In this document: in pieces, positions 30,150-39,341 of the stretch
Layout of the letters: each line of letters opens with the position of its first letter
How positions within the stretch are numbered: the stretch's first letter is position 1
Origin: Candidatus Lindowbacteria bacterium RIFCSPLOWO2_12_FULL_62_27
Lineage (GTDB): Bacteria > Lindowbacteria > 2-12-FULL-62-27
Length of the DNA: 64,000 bases
Direction of reading: 5' to 3'
Assembly (NCBI GenBank): GCA_001784175.1
Contig: MFPR01000043.1
Span: 1-64,000 of the forward strand
Position numbers and translations under genes: made by a program
Notes under the pieces: generated by a model
What the model was told of the DNA's origin: nothing
The model's input: only the letters and a program-made list of their open reading frames with translations
The model's database searches: none

Positions 30150-32486
30150 ATGGCATCGTCCGAGTATACCGAGGTCGTGGTCGAAGGCCGCAAGGTCCGC
30201 CTGCGGGCGCCCGCAGCGGAGGCGATCCCGGCCTATGGCGCGGCCACGCGGGTAGTGGGCACGGCCGCTCAGCGTGTGGACGCGCTGGAAAAAGTAACGG
30301 GTCGCGCCGTCTATCCGTCCGACCTGCGTCTGCCCGGCATGGTCCACGCGCGTTTTGTGCGGAGCGCCCGCGCCCACGCGCGGATCACGTCGATGGACCT
30401 GTCGCATGCGGAAAAGGTCCCGGGATTTCTTGCGGCGATTGGGCCTTCGGAGCTTTCGGAAAAATCTCTGAAGGACATGCTGGGCCGGGAACTACCCATC
30501 CTGACGGAGGAGCCCAAATATTATGGAGAGGAGATCCTGGCCGTATGCGCGGAGACCGATGATGCGGCCCGGGCCGCCGCCCGCGAGGTCCGGATCACTT
30601 ACGAGACGCTTCCGTTCTCGGTCGACCCGGAGGAGCGTGTCCGCGCCGGCCAGTTCGTGGGCGGCGGCTGGACGCCCACCGGGCCGGGCCGGCCGGCCGT
30701 CTACGAGCGCGGAAATGTCCAAAAAGCCATGGCCGCCGCCAACCGGATCATCGAGCGGACCTACCGCACGGCGCCGAACGTTCACAGTTCGATCGAGCCG
30801 CACGCCGCCGTGGCCTCATACGAGGAGGGGCGCTGGACGGTCTGGGAATCGACCCAGGGCGTCTTCGCCGTCCGGGAGGAACTGGCGGCGATGCTGGGCG
30901 CGCCGCTCCTCAGCGTTCGCGTGATCGGCACGCACATGGGCGGCGGATTCGGCAGCAAGGTTTCCGCCGGGAAATACACATTCATCGCCGCGTACCTGGC
31001 GAAAAAACTGGGCCGGCCGGTTCGATGCGTTCAGGACCGGTCCGAAGAGTTTGTCTCGCCCTACGGCCGGCCGCCCTCGGTCGTCACGATCAAGGCCGCG
31101 GTCCGGCCGGACGGAAAATTGCTGGCGATCGAACAAAAGGGAATCCACGCCGCCGGCCCTTACGGATTTGGCGCCGAATGGGGCCACGCCGAGGACATGG
31201 CGGCCGAGATGTACGCCTGCGACAATGTGCGGACGGAAACGTACGCCGCGCTCACTCACACTCCCCCGCCCTGCGCCATGCGCGCGCCCGGCCACGCGCA
31301 GGCCGCGTTTTCGCTCGAACAGATGATGGACGAGATCGCGCGGGAAATCGGAATGGATCCGGTCGAGTTCCGTTTAAAGAATCTGCCCGCGCGCGATCCT
31401 GTTTCCGGAAAGCCCATCGCCGTCCCGAGAGGGTCTCACGGGCTGGCCGAATGCCTCAAAAAAGGCGGGGAACTTTTCCAGTGGAAGAAGCGGCGCAAAG
31501 AAACGCGTGACGCGCCCCCGCCCCGATTCCGCCGCGGCGTCGGCGTCGCCGCCACCGCCTGGAGCGCCGGGGGCGGGCCACCGGCGTCCGTGGTGATTCG
31601 CATCCATGCGGATGGCGTTGCGGAGCTGTTTGCCGGCGCGGCGGACATCGGCACCGGCACGCGGACGGCGCTGGCGCAGATCGCGTCCGAAGAAACCGGC
31701 GTCCCCGTCGATCGAATCCGCGTGACGAACGCCGACACGGCGCTGACGTCGTACTGCCTTCCGAGCTACGGCAGTCTCACCCTCGCGTCGACCGGCCCCG
31801 CCGTCCGCCGGGCGGCCGTCGCGTGCCGCCGGCAGCTCCTGTCGATTGCATCGGACATCCTGGAAGCTCCGGAAAAAAATATCGTGCTGGCCGGCGGCCG
31901 CGCGACGCGCCCCGCATCCCGCAAGACGCCGGAGTCCTCCGTTCCCATCGCCAAACTCGTGGAACTTTCCGCGTCGCGTGAGATCGTCGGCCTGGGCGAG
32001 CGCGAGGGCAATCCCGACATGTCGATCCGGTCCCACGGCGCGCAATTCGTGGCCGTGGAGGTCGACACAGAAACGGGGACCATCGAGGTGACGGACCTCG
32101 TGGCGGTCAACGACAGCGGCCGGGTGATCAATCCGACGATGTTCAAGAGCCAGCAGTACGGCGGCGTGACGATGGGTTTGGGCATGGGTCTGACGGAGGA
32201 ACGCGTGTACGATTTGGAGACCGGCCGGCCGCTGAATCCCAATCTGACCGATTACAAAGTTCCGACGATCCTCGATCAGCCGGCGGCGTTTCAGGCCGTG
32301 CCCCTCGAGGTCCCGTACGACGGAAACAATCTGGGCGCCAAGGGGCTTGGAGAGCCGCCCATCATTCCGACCGCGGCCGCCGTCGCCAACGCCGTGTACG
32401 ACGCCATCGGCATTCGCCTCGCCGCTCTGCCCCTCACGCCCAAGCGCGTGATCGATGCGCTCCATCCGCCGGAGTCGAAGCCATGA
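30150..32486 (+). CDS. Molybdopterin-binding large subunit (PaoC/YagR-like)
   Basis: KVTGRAVY, GGGFGSK, MRAPG, DIGTG, KGLGEP. Confidence 0.93.
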   Translation: MASSEYTEVVVEGRKVRLRAPAAEAIPAYGAATRVVGTAAQRVDALEKVTGRAVYPSDLRLPGMVHARFVRSARAHARITSMDLSHAEKVPGFLAAIGPSELSEKSLKDMLGRELPILTEEPKYYGEEILAVCAETDDAARAAAREVRITYETLPFSVDPEERVRAGQFVGGGWTPTGPGRPAVYERGNVQKAMAAANRIIERTYRTAPNVHSSIEPHAAVASYEEGRWTVWESTQGVFAVREELAAMLGAPLLSVRVIGTHMGGGFGSKVSAGKYTFIAAYLAKKLGRPVRCVQDRSEEFVSPYGRPPSVVTIKAAVRPDGKLLAIEQKGIHAAGPYGFGAEWGHAEDMAAEMYACDNVRTETYAALTHTPPPCAMRAPGHAQAAFSLEQMMDEIAREIGMDPVEFRLKNLPARDPVSGKPIAVPRGSHGLAECLKKGGELFQWKKRRKETRDAPPPRFRRGVGVAATAWSAGGGPPASVVIRIHADGVAELFAGAADIGTGTRTALAQIASEETGVPVDRIRVTNADTALTSYCLPSYGSLTLASTGPAVRRAAVACRRQLLSIASDILEAPEKNIVLAGGRATRPASRKTPESSVPIAKLVELSASREIVGLGEREGNPDMSIRSHGAQFVAVEVDTETGTIEVTDLVAVNDSGRVINPTMFKSQQYGGVTMGLGMGLTEERVYDLETGRPLNPNLTDYKVPTILDQPAAFQAVPLEVPYDGNNLGAKGLGEPPIIPTAAAVANAVYDAIGIRLAALPLTPKRVIDALHPPESKP

Positions 32487-33469
32487 CCTGGCCGATCACG
32501 CTGGAGCGCCCGAAGGATCTCGCCGCCGCCACCCGCCGGCTTGCGGCGCTGGGCGGCAAAGGCGCCGTGCTGGGCGGCGGCCTGGAGCTTCTCGACATGC
32601 GCAATCGCCCGGAAATCCTGATTCCGACGAGGTTTCTTGGCCCGATGTCGTACATCGAAGTCCGCAGCGCGGAGGTCCGGATCGGTGCGGCGACCACCCT
32701 CGGCGAACTCGTGGACAGTTCCTCCATCCGGCACTACGCGTGGCCGCTCTGGGAGGCTGCGCGGCTGGTGGGCTCGCCGCAAATCCGGGCCCAGGCCACC
32801 CTCGCGGGCAATCTGCTCCAGCGGCCGAGGTGCTGGTATTTCCGGAACGGCTTCCCCTGTCTGAAAAACGGCGTCGAGGGGTGTCCGGCCGAAACGGGCG
32901 ACAACCGGCATCACGCGATCTTTGACGGCGGGCCGACCTACAGCGTCTATCATTCCGACATCGGCCTCGTTCTGCACGCGCTTCAGGCGACCCTCGCCAT
33001 CGCAACGCCGGAAGGCGACAAAGTGATCTCGATGTTCGATCTCTATGCCGACCCCAAAAAGGATCCGGCGCGGGAGCACGTTCTCAAGCCCGGCGAGATC
33101 ATCCGGGAGATACGCTTCCGCCAACTGGACAACCGGTGGGTCGGGACGTTTTTGAAAGTGAGGGACCGGCGCGGATTTGATTTCGCGCTCGCGTCCGTCG
33201 CGGTCACTTACAATAATTATTACGGAAAATTCAGCAGCGTACGGATTCTCCTCGGAGCGGTGGCGCCGCGCGCCTACGTTCCCCAGAAGAGCATCGACTT
33301 TCTGCAAAACCGGAAATTGAACCGTTCCCTCCTCGCGCCGGCGGCCGACCTCTCGATCGAGGGCGCGCAGCCGCTGGCGCACAACGCGTACAAGGTCCAT
33401 CTCGTCCGCAACCTGGTCATGCGCGCGCTGGAAAAAACATACGACCGGCTGAGCTGGAAACCCGATTAG
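32483..33469 (+). CDS. FAD-binding subunit (PaoB/YagS-like)
   Basis: GSPQIRAQATLAGNLLQRPRCWYFR, KVRDRRGFDFALASVA, PLAHNAYK. Confidence 0.92.
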   Translation: MTWPITLERPKDLAAATRRLAALGGKGAVLGGGLELLDMRNRPEILIPTRFLGPMSYIEVRSAEVRIGAATTLGELVDSSSIRHYAWPLWEAARLVGSPQIRAQATLAGNLLQRPRCWYFRNGFPCLKNGVEGCPAETGDNRHHAIFDGGPTYSVYHSDIGLVLHALQATLAIATPEGDKVISMFDLYADPKKDPAREHVLKPGEIIREIRFRQLDNRWVGTFLKVRDRRGFDFALASVAVTYNNYYGKFSSVRILLGAVAPRAYVPQKSIDFLQNRKLNRSLLAPAADLSIEGAQPLAHNAYKVHLVRNLVMRALEKTYDRLSWKPD

Positions 33470-33483
33470 CGGTTGATTTCAAA

Positions 33484-34095
33484 TTGGCCGCGGTCCTCAT
33501 TCTCCTCCTCGTCGGGTCCCCAGTCGCCCACGCCGACTCTCCGTCTCCGGTCGAGTTGATCTCCCGCCATGCCCTCGCGGAATGGGTCGTGACCGGCGAG
33601 CCGCTCGAAGCTGGCCCGGCGGCGCTTTCGAAACTCATCCACGATCTGCCGGCGGCGGTCCGGCTGGCCCGCGAGGTGACGGGCTTGGACTACCGGCTGA
33701 CGCGGATCGACACCGACGAATTCGAACTCCAAACCCCGCGCGGCCTGACGGCGCGCCTGCATCCGATCGTGACGAGGTCGGACACGGCCGGCGGAGAATT
33801 CGAGGCGGTCGGCCATGGCGTTTTCCGCCGCGCGGGAAATCTCTTCCGCGGGCGGTATGCGCTGAGATTCCGCTACCGCGTCGTCACCGACACGGAGGCG
33901 CGCGGGTCGGCGCTCGCGAAGGGAGATTTTCATGTCTACGTGGACGTCGAAAACCGGTTCGTGCGTTTTCTGTCCCTGTTTGTCCGCGGCTTGATCAACG
34001 AGCGATTGAAGGAAGAGATGGACCGGATGATGCTGGAGGCCAAGGCGGTCATGAAAACGGCGGAAGCGCGGCGGGCCGGATCAAAATCGTGGTGA
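33484..34095 (+). CDS. Hypothetical exported protein
   Basis: N-terminal hydrophobic leader ending AHA; continues the operon. Confidence 0.65.
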   Translation: MAAVLILLLVGSPVAHADSPSPVELISRHALAEWVVTGEPLEAGPAALSKLIHDLPAAVRLAREVTGLDYRLTRIDTDEFELQTPRGLTARLHPIVTRSDTAGGEFEAVGHGVFRRAGNLFRGRYALRFRYRVVTDTEARGSALAKGDFHVYVDVENRFVRFLSLFVRGLINERLKEEMDRMMLEAKAVMKTAEARRAGSKSW

Positions 34096-34810
34096 TGTTG
34101 TCGGCGGCGCCCTGCAACCGCGCCGCGCGTACGAGATTTCGCGCGCCGGCCGCCGCGCCCGGATTGCCGCTCAGGAGATTCTCTGCATCCGCGATCGTCA
34201 CGCCTTCAAACAATCCATCGCTGGCGATCAGAATGTACCGATCGCAGTCACACAGATCGTATTCCACGATATGAGGGGTTGATATGAGGCCTGCTTCACG
34301 CATCGCCCGGTCGCCGAAACTGCGGGTAGGGACAAGCCCCCGGTCCGCGCCGTAAAAATAGGGGCGGCGGATGCGCGCCCCTGTGGCGCGGATTCGCGCG
34401 AATTCTCCGGCGTCATCAAGCCGGTGTGTCTGACTCAACAGGCGGGCCGTCGATCCGATCACGATCACGCTCGCATCTCCGGCGTTGGCCGCCGTCAAAC
34501 GATGGCCTGAAACATAAGCGCAGGCCGCCGTGGATCCGCAATCCATTTGGCGGCATTCCCGGTCCATTTCCGTGAATGCCGATTCGAGCGAGTCCGCCAC
34601 AGGCAATCCTCGGTCAAAAAATGAAAAAAAATGGCCGGAAAGCCGACCGGCCAGTCGGTCGGCGACAGAGACGCCTGCGTGTCCGTCGAATACGCCCGCG
34701 AAGATGCCCTCGGGCCGGATCACCACACGGCTTCGATCCTCCATCCGCCGCCGCATCCCTTTTGTGCGTTCGACATGAAGTTCCGGAATTTTCTCGCCAC
34801 ATGTGATCAT
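34049..34810 (-). CDS. PP2C-family Ser/Thr protein phosphatase
   Basis: RRRMEDR, VFDGHAG, GSTA, NAGD, RSFGD, ASDGL, DNIT; start 34810 or 34831. Confidence 0.9.
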   Translation of the reverse strand: MITCGEKIPELHVERTKGMRRRMEDRSRVVIRPEGIFAGVFDGHAGVSVADRLAGRLSGHFFSFFDRGLPVADSLESAFTEMDRECRQMDCGSTAACAYVSGHRLTAANAGDASVIVIGSTARLLSQTHRLDDAGEFARIRATGARIRRPYFYGADRGLVPTRSFGDRAMREAGLISTPHIVEYDLCDCDRYILIASDGLFEGVTIADAENLLSGNPGAAAGARNLVRAARLQGAADNITTILIRPAALPPFS

Positions 34811-34890
34811 CGATCGACCGCCTTTCCGCATTTTGGCCTACCAAGTATACAGCGGCGGGGAGACGTCAAACCGAACAGTCTGAGATAAAA

Positions 34891-37800
34891 TTATTGGCCG
34901 TAATACGTGCGGACCAGCGCCCGGCCCGGCGCCGATTCCATAAATACATCGCGAACCCGCCGGATGCCCCCGAAATCCCCGTGGCCGAATGTTCCCGTAA
35001 TGACGCACGCAGCGCCTTTGGCGCCGGCCGCGGCGGCGCCGCCGACCGAACCGTCGGTCGCCGGCGTGGGCTCGTACGTCGAAACGGACTCCGGAAACAC
35101 GATCCCGCCCGGATCCACAATCCGGCCGTTCGCCGTGCCGTCCAGATCGCCCGGGCCGCCGTCCCGCAGGGTCAGCTCGACCACCGAATCGCCGTCCAGG
35201 CTCCCGAGCTGCGGCGTCATGTCGATCCATGCCTTGTTCGATTCGTTCCATAGATAATACTTGGCGCCCGCTGGAACATTTTCCGGCATCGTCATGGCGA
35301 TCGTGACCGAGCCGCCGATCGGCACGCCGCTGACATTGTACGTGAACAGCCCGTACTTGAAGGACGACTTTGGATGGACGTTCTGACCGGCGGGAGAGAC
35401 CTCCTGGTCGTAGTCCACGGGGCCCATCACATCGATCTTTCCTGTCGAGTTGTTGGCGAGGGTGTACTTGAACCGGTCGTCGGCTTTCGGCTGTCGGGGC
35501 GTGGGCGACGGGCCGGTATCAAGCGCCGGTTTCTTCCGGTCCTGAGGTTTCTGCTTGTCGTCATCCTTCCGTCCGTGCTCATGCCCGTCATCGTCGTCAT
35601 CGCATTCGCCGTTCACGTACGTGTTGTTGTTCACGACCGTGTACGTGTTGTCGATGTCGATTTGCACGTGAATCTCCGGCCGAACCATCACCACTTCTTT
35701 CGCCGCCGGCTGGTCCAGCGGGTCGGCCCCTGTCGTGAACGTCCGGGCTTCGCTCCACTCGCTCCACGCGCCCTTGCTGTCCCGTACCCGCACTCTCCAC
35801 GCGTAGCCGGTTTTCCCCCGCAGAAGCCCGCGCGGAAAGCGCAGAGAGGTGTCGGCCGTGGTGGCCGTACCTCCCTCGATGATCCAGTTGGCCACCATCC
35901 TCTCGTTCACGAACATCCCGCTCGCGTCTGTCACCTGCCAGTGCGTTCCCATTTGTGAGTCGTTTTCCGGATCCGAAAACCGGCTGATCATGAGTTCGAC
36001 TGTTGTCGGCACGCTCTCCGCCCCGTCAGTCGGAGAAATCGGGCGCGGCCGGTACGGACCAAAATTAAACGTCGGGCGAAGCGTGACCGTATCGCCGATC
36101 ACCGGCAATCCGACAATTCGGACCTTCTCCGATATCGACAGTTGGATCGCATGGGCCGGCGTGGCCGTGGAAGAAACCGATCCCCTCATGGCGTCCAGCG
36201 CGGCCTCCCACCAGCTTTTCGGCGTGGCGACGATCGGCGCCGTATCGCCCACGCGCGTCCGGAAATGATACCGGTCGCGGCCGTCCGTCCGAAAATCGTG
36301 CGTGACGATCAGGTGGGACGGCGCGCCCTTTTTCAGCGTGAGATCCAGTCTTGAAAAGTCAGCCGAGCCGTCTTCGTTCAAATAAAAGGTCTCGGCCAGT
36401 TTTGTGTCCTCACGGCCGTCGCCGTTGCCGTCCAGCCACAGCGCCGCGGCCGTCACGTCCCGCAACCGCCCCGTGTAGGTGTAGGTGGTCGTCCGGAGAC
36501 CGTTCAAGGCGACGGTGCTGTCCGCCAGCAGCGTGAGGTGAAGCATATGAATCTGGTCCGCCGCCGAGGGGACTTCGCGCGCCGGCGCGCGCATCGGGCT
36601 TTGCGACGCGTAAATCGTCACCGTGTCCTGCGCCGATTGCTGAGTTTGCGCCGCAGGCTCGCACGCGCCGCTGGTGTTTATCCCCCGGACTTCGTAAATG
36701 TCCAGCATCGAGGTCGCCGTCGTGCTCGGCTGGCCCCACACCGTGAACGTGTGCCGGATTTTGACGCTTTTAACCGCTTTGGGAGGGAACACCCTGCCGT
36801 CCCCGACTTTCAGCCATTCCCACCGCGTCGATCCGGCCGCGCCCGCGGCCGGCGCGCTCGTATAAATATCCATCTGAATGGAATTTTGCGGCTCGTTGCG
36901 CCCGGGATTGTCCTTCAGCCGGTACTCGTAATCGTACATCACGCCCGTCATCGTCGTCGCGCCGGGGAAGTCGACCTGTAAAATCGCGTCGACTTTCGGG
37001 TCCACGTAATAGTTCGCCGTGACATTGAACGCCGTCAGGGAATTTGAATCGAAGGCGTTTCGAATATTTCCGGCCGAGGTGACTCTCACGTTTTGCCCCG
37101 GAGGAATTTCATACCGGATGTTTCCCGTCTCCGGTTGAATCCAGCAGCTTTTCGGACCGATCACCAGCCGTGAGACTTCGCCCGTGTCGCCTTTTTCGCC
37201 CGTCCTGGAATAGGCGGTCGCGCGCCAGAAGTAGGAGCCGGCCGGCATCGACAACGGGGGCCGGATCGACGTGTCCGTCCGCCGCTCGCTCACAAACGGG
37301 CTTGCAAAATCCCGGTTGTTGGCCAGCTCGAACACGTAATGCGATATCCCATGGCGAGATCGCGCGTCCGACCAGGAAAAGGTCAGCTGCGGCTCCGTCG
37401 TCGTCAAGCCGTTTGGCGGCTGAAGCAGTTTCGGCGCCGTCGGAACGTCCGCCGCGATGCCGCGAATTTCGTAAATGTCGAGTTGGACGGCCGCCGTCCG
37501 ATCGTTGTCCTTCCAGGGGTTCATTCGGTGGTCGATCCGGACATTCCGGACCATGCACGGATCAAAGGAGGCGCCGTCCCCGACGTCCTTCCAGATCCAC
37601 TGGGAATATCCGTTGGATGGATCCGGCGTCTCGATTTGAATCCGCGTCCGGCTTTGGGCCGGAGTGGATCGCGAAGCGTTGGCGCCGCGGTAACGGTAAT
37701 CGTAGGTGATGCCTTTGAGATGGACGCCGCCGGAAAACGCGGCGTAAATCTGAACGAAAAAGTCACGGCTTGAATAATAATAGCTGGAATACGACGTGGG

Positions 37801-38094
37801 CCGTGTGTATTCGATATGGTAGGCCGTCGCCGGATTCGAGTCAAACGCCAGGGCGGTGGATCCCTTCGTCTGCGGCGACCGGCCGCCGGCCTCGTCGTAG
37901 GCTGTAATCTGGTTCTGAGACGTGTATCCCGCCCAATACCCGAGCGGCTTTGGCTGGACCCAGTCGCCCGGCGACGCCGCAACCTGCGTCGCCGCGATCG
38001 CGGCTTCAACCCCTACCATCACCCATCCAGCCGCCAAAATGAGGCTGAGAACAAGGCACACCGGTGCACGCATCAAGTCACGTTGCGTCTTCAT
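34891..38094 (-). CDS. Large secreted protein with FN3-like repeats, choice-of-anchor-U-like domain and CFI-box-like C-terminal tail
   Basis: Signal peptide; Y.WRV..WSEWS; DGGPGDLDGTANGRIVDPGG; CVITGTFG..RRVRD..GRALVRTYY. Confidence 0.75.
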   Translation of the reverse strand: MKTQRDLMRAPVCLVLSLILAAGWVMVGVEAAIAATQVAASPGDWVQPKPLGYWAGYTSQNQITAYDEAGGRSPQTKGSTALAFDSNPATAYHIEYTRPTSYSSYYYSSRDFFVQIYAAFSGGVHLKGITYDYRYRGANASRSTPAQSRTRIQIETPDPSNGYSQWIWKDVGDGASFDPCMVRNVRIDHRMNPWKDNDRTAAVQLDIYEIRGIAADVPTAPKLLQPPNGLTTTEPQLTFSWSDARSRHGISHYVFELANNRDFASPFVSERRTDTSIRPPLSMPAGSYFWRATAYSRTGEKGDTGEVSRLVIGPKSCWIQPETGNIRYEIPPGQNVRVTSAGNIRNAFDSNSLTAFNVTANYYVDPKVDAILQVDFPGATTMTGVMYDYEYRLKDNPGRNEPQNSIQMDIYTSAPAAGAAGSTRWEWLKVGDGRVFPPKAVKSVKIRHTFTVWGQPSTTATSMLDIYEVRGINTSGACEPAAQTQQSAQDTVTIYASQSPMRAPAREVPSAADQIHMLHLTLLADSTVALNGLRTTTYTYTGRLRDVTAAALWLDGNGDGREDTKLAETFYLNEDGSADFSRLDLTLKKGAPSHLIVTHDFRTDGRDRYHFRTRVGDTAPIVATPKSWWEAALDAMRGSVSSTATPAHAIQLSISEKVRIVGLPVIGDTVTLRPTFNFGPYRPRPISPTDGAESVPTTVELMISRFSDPENDSQMGTHWQVTDASGMFVNERMVANWIIEGGTATTADTSLRFPRGLLRGKTGYAWRVRVRDSKGAWSEWSEARTFTTGADPLDQPAAKEVVMVRPEIHVQIDIDNTYTVVNNNTYVNGECDDDDDGHEHGRKDDDKQKPQDRKKPALDTGPSPTPRQPKADDRFKYTLANNSTGKIDVMGPVDYDQEVSPAGQNVHPKSSFKYGLFTYNVSGVPIGGSVTIAMTMPENVPAGAKYYLWNESNKAWIDMTPQLGSLDGDSVVELTLRDGGPGDLDGTANGRIVDPGGIVFPESVSTYEPTPATDGSVGGAAAAGAKGAACVITGTFGHGDFGGIRRVRDVFMESAPGRALVRTYYGQ

Positions 38095-38265
38095 TTTGAA
38101 CCCCCCTTTTATTCGATTGTCAAAGATCCCTCACCCCCGAATCGGGGGTCCCACTTCCTTCCTCCGCCCTATACAGCGTCTATCCCCGGCCAAACCGAAC
38201 ATGCGGCCCGCGGATTTTCCCGCTCATCGAAAACTTGACTTCCCAACCAACCGTTACTATTCACC

Positions 38266-38739
38266 ATGCCTCTGAAACGCAAATTCGAGACCACCACGAC
38301 CAAACGCGTCCCGTTCTCGAAACACCCCGGCTACACGCTCGAAGTCCACGACCTCGGGGGATTTTTGTCGAATGTTCAGTACGCCCTGGAATTCGAGAAG
38401 GAACGGGTGCCGGTCAGCGCCAAATTCATGACGGTCGGGCGCGGCGAGATGAACCACATCGACATCCGCGATGAAAACGGGCAGATCTCCCGCGTGCACG
38501 CCAAAATCGAATGCAAGGACGGCGCCTTCACGATCACCGACATGGGCAGCACCAACGGCACTTACCTGAACGGCAACATCATTGAAAAGCGCAAAGCGTT
38601 CCATTTGAATGCCGGCGACACCATCGTCTTCGGGAAATGCGCCATGGCGCGGTTCATCCGGCTTGAACCGCCCGCCGCCGACCCCGACGCCGACGCGAGA
38701 GATATCCTGCCCGACACGATTTCGCGCGCCTCCGGCTGA
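38266..38739 (+). CDS. FHA domain protein
   Basis: VGR..ISRVHA..DMGSTNGTYLNG..GDTIVFG. Confidence 0.93.
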   Translation: MPLKRKFETTTTKRVPFSKHPGYTLEVHDLGGFLSNVQYALEFEKERVPVSAKFMTVGRGEMNHIDIRDENGQISRVHAKIECKDGAFTITDMGSTNGTYLNGNIIEKRKAFHLNAGDTIVFGKCAMARFIRLEPPAADPDADARDILPDTISRASG

Positions 38740-38744
38740 CCCGC

Positions 38745-39341
38745 ATGTCCGCCGGTCCATTCTCCGAAACCGTCCGGCTCCTCAAATCGGCCGGCCAGGG
38801 AGACGACGGGGCCTTTCGGGCGCTCCTCGCCAAATACCAGGACCGCATCCACCTGATCGCGAGGTTCCGGCTCGGTCAGCGCCTTCGCCGCAAGATGGAT
38901 TCCATGGACATCGTGCAGGACGCCATGCTCCGCGCCCTCAAATCGGGCGCGCCGTCGGTGATCGAAAACGAGGGCGGATTCATCAAATGGCTTTACTCCC
39001 TGGTCGAACACCAGATCATCGACAACGTCGATTACTTCGACGCCGGAAAGCGCGCCCTGTCGGCCGAGGCCTCGCTCGAAGACTCCGCCGTCCGGAACCG
39101 CGCGGACGGGATCGTCGCCGGCAGAGGTGACGAGGCCGAAAAAATAGAAAACACGATGCTCCTCGAATCCCTGCTGGACACGCTCGAGGACGATGAACGC
39201 GACATCATCCTCCACCGCGACATCTACGGATATTCCTTCAAGGAAATCGCCGCGCTGGTCGACTCGACCTCCGACGCCGTGCGGGTCCGGTATGGGCGGA
39301 TCAAATTCAAGCTTTCCAAACTGGTCGCCGATGCAGGATGA
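38745..39341 (+). CDS. ECF sigma factor
   Basis: Region 2 (RLRRKMDSMDIVQD..FIKWL) and region 4 (GYSFKEIAALV..AVRVR). Confidence 0.9.
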   Translation: MSAGPFSETVRLLKSAGQGDDGAFRALLAKYQDRIHLIARFRLGQRLRRKMDSMDIVQDAMLRALKSGAPSVIENEGGFIKWLYSLVEHQIIDNVDYFDAGKRALSAEASLEDSAVRNRADGIVAGRGDEAEKIENTMLLESLLDTLEDDERDIILHRDIYGYSFKEIAALVDSTSDAVRVRYGRIKFKLSKLVADAG

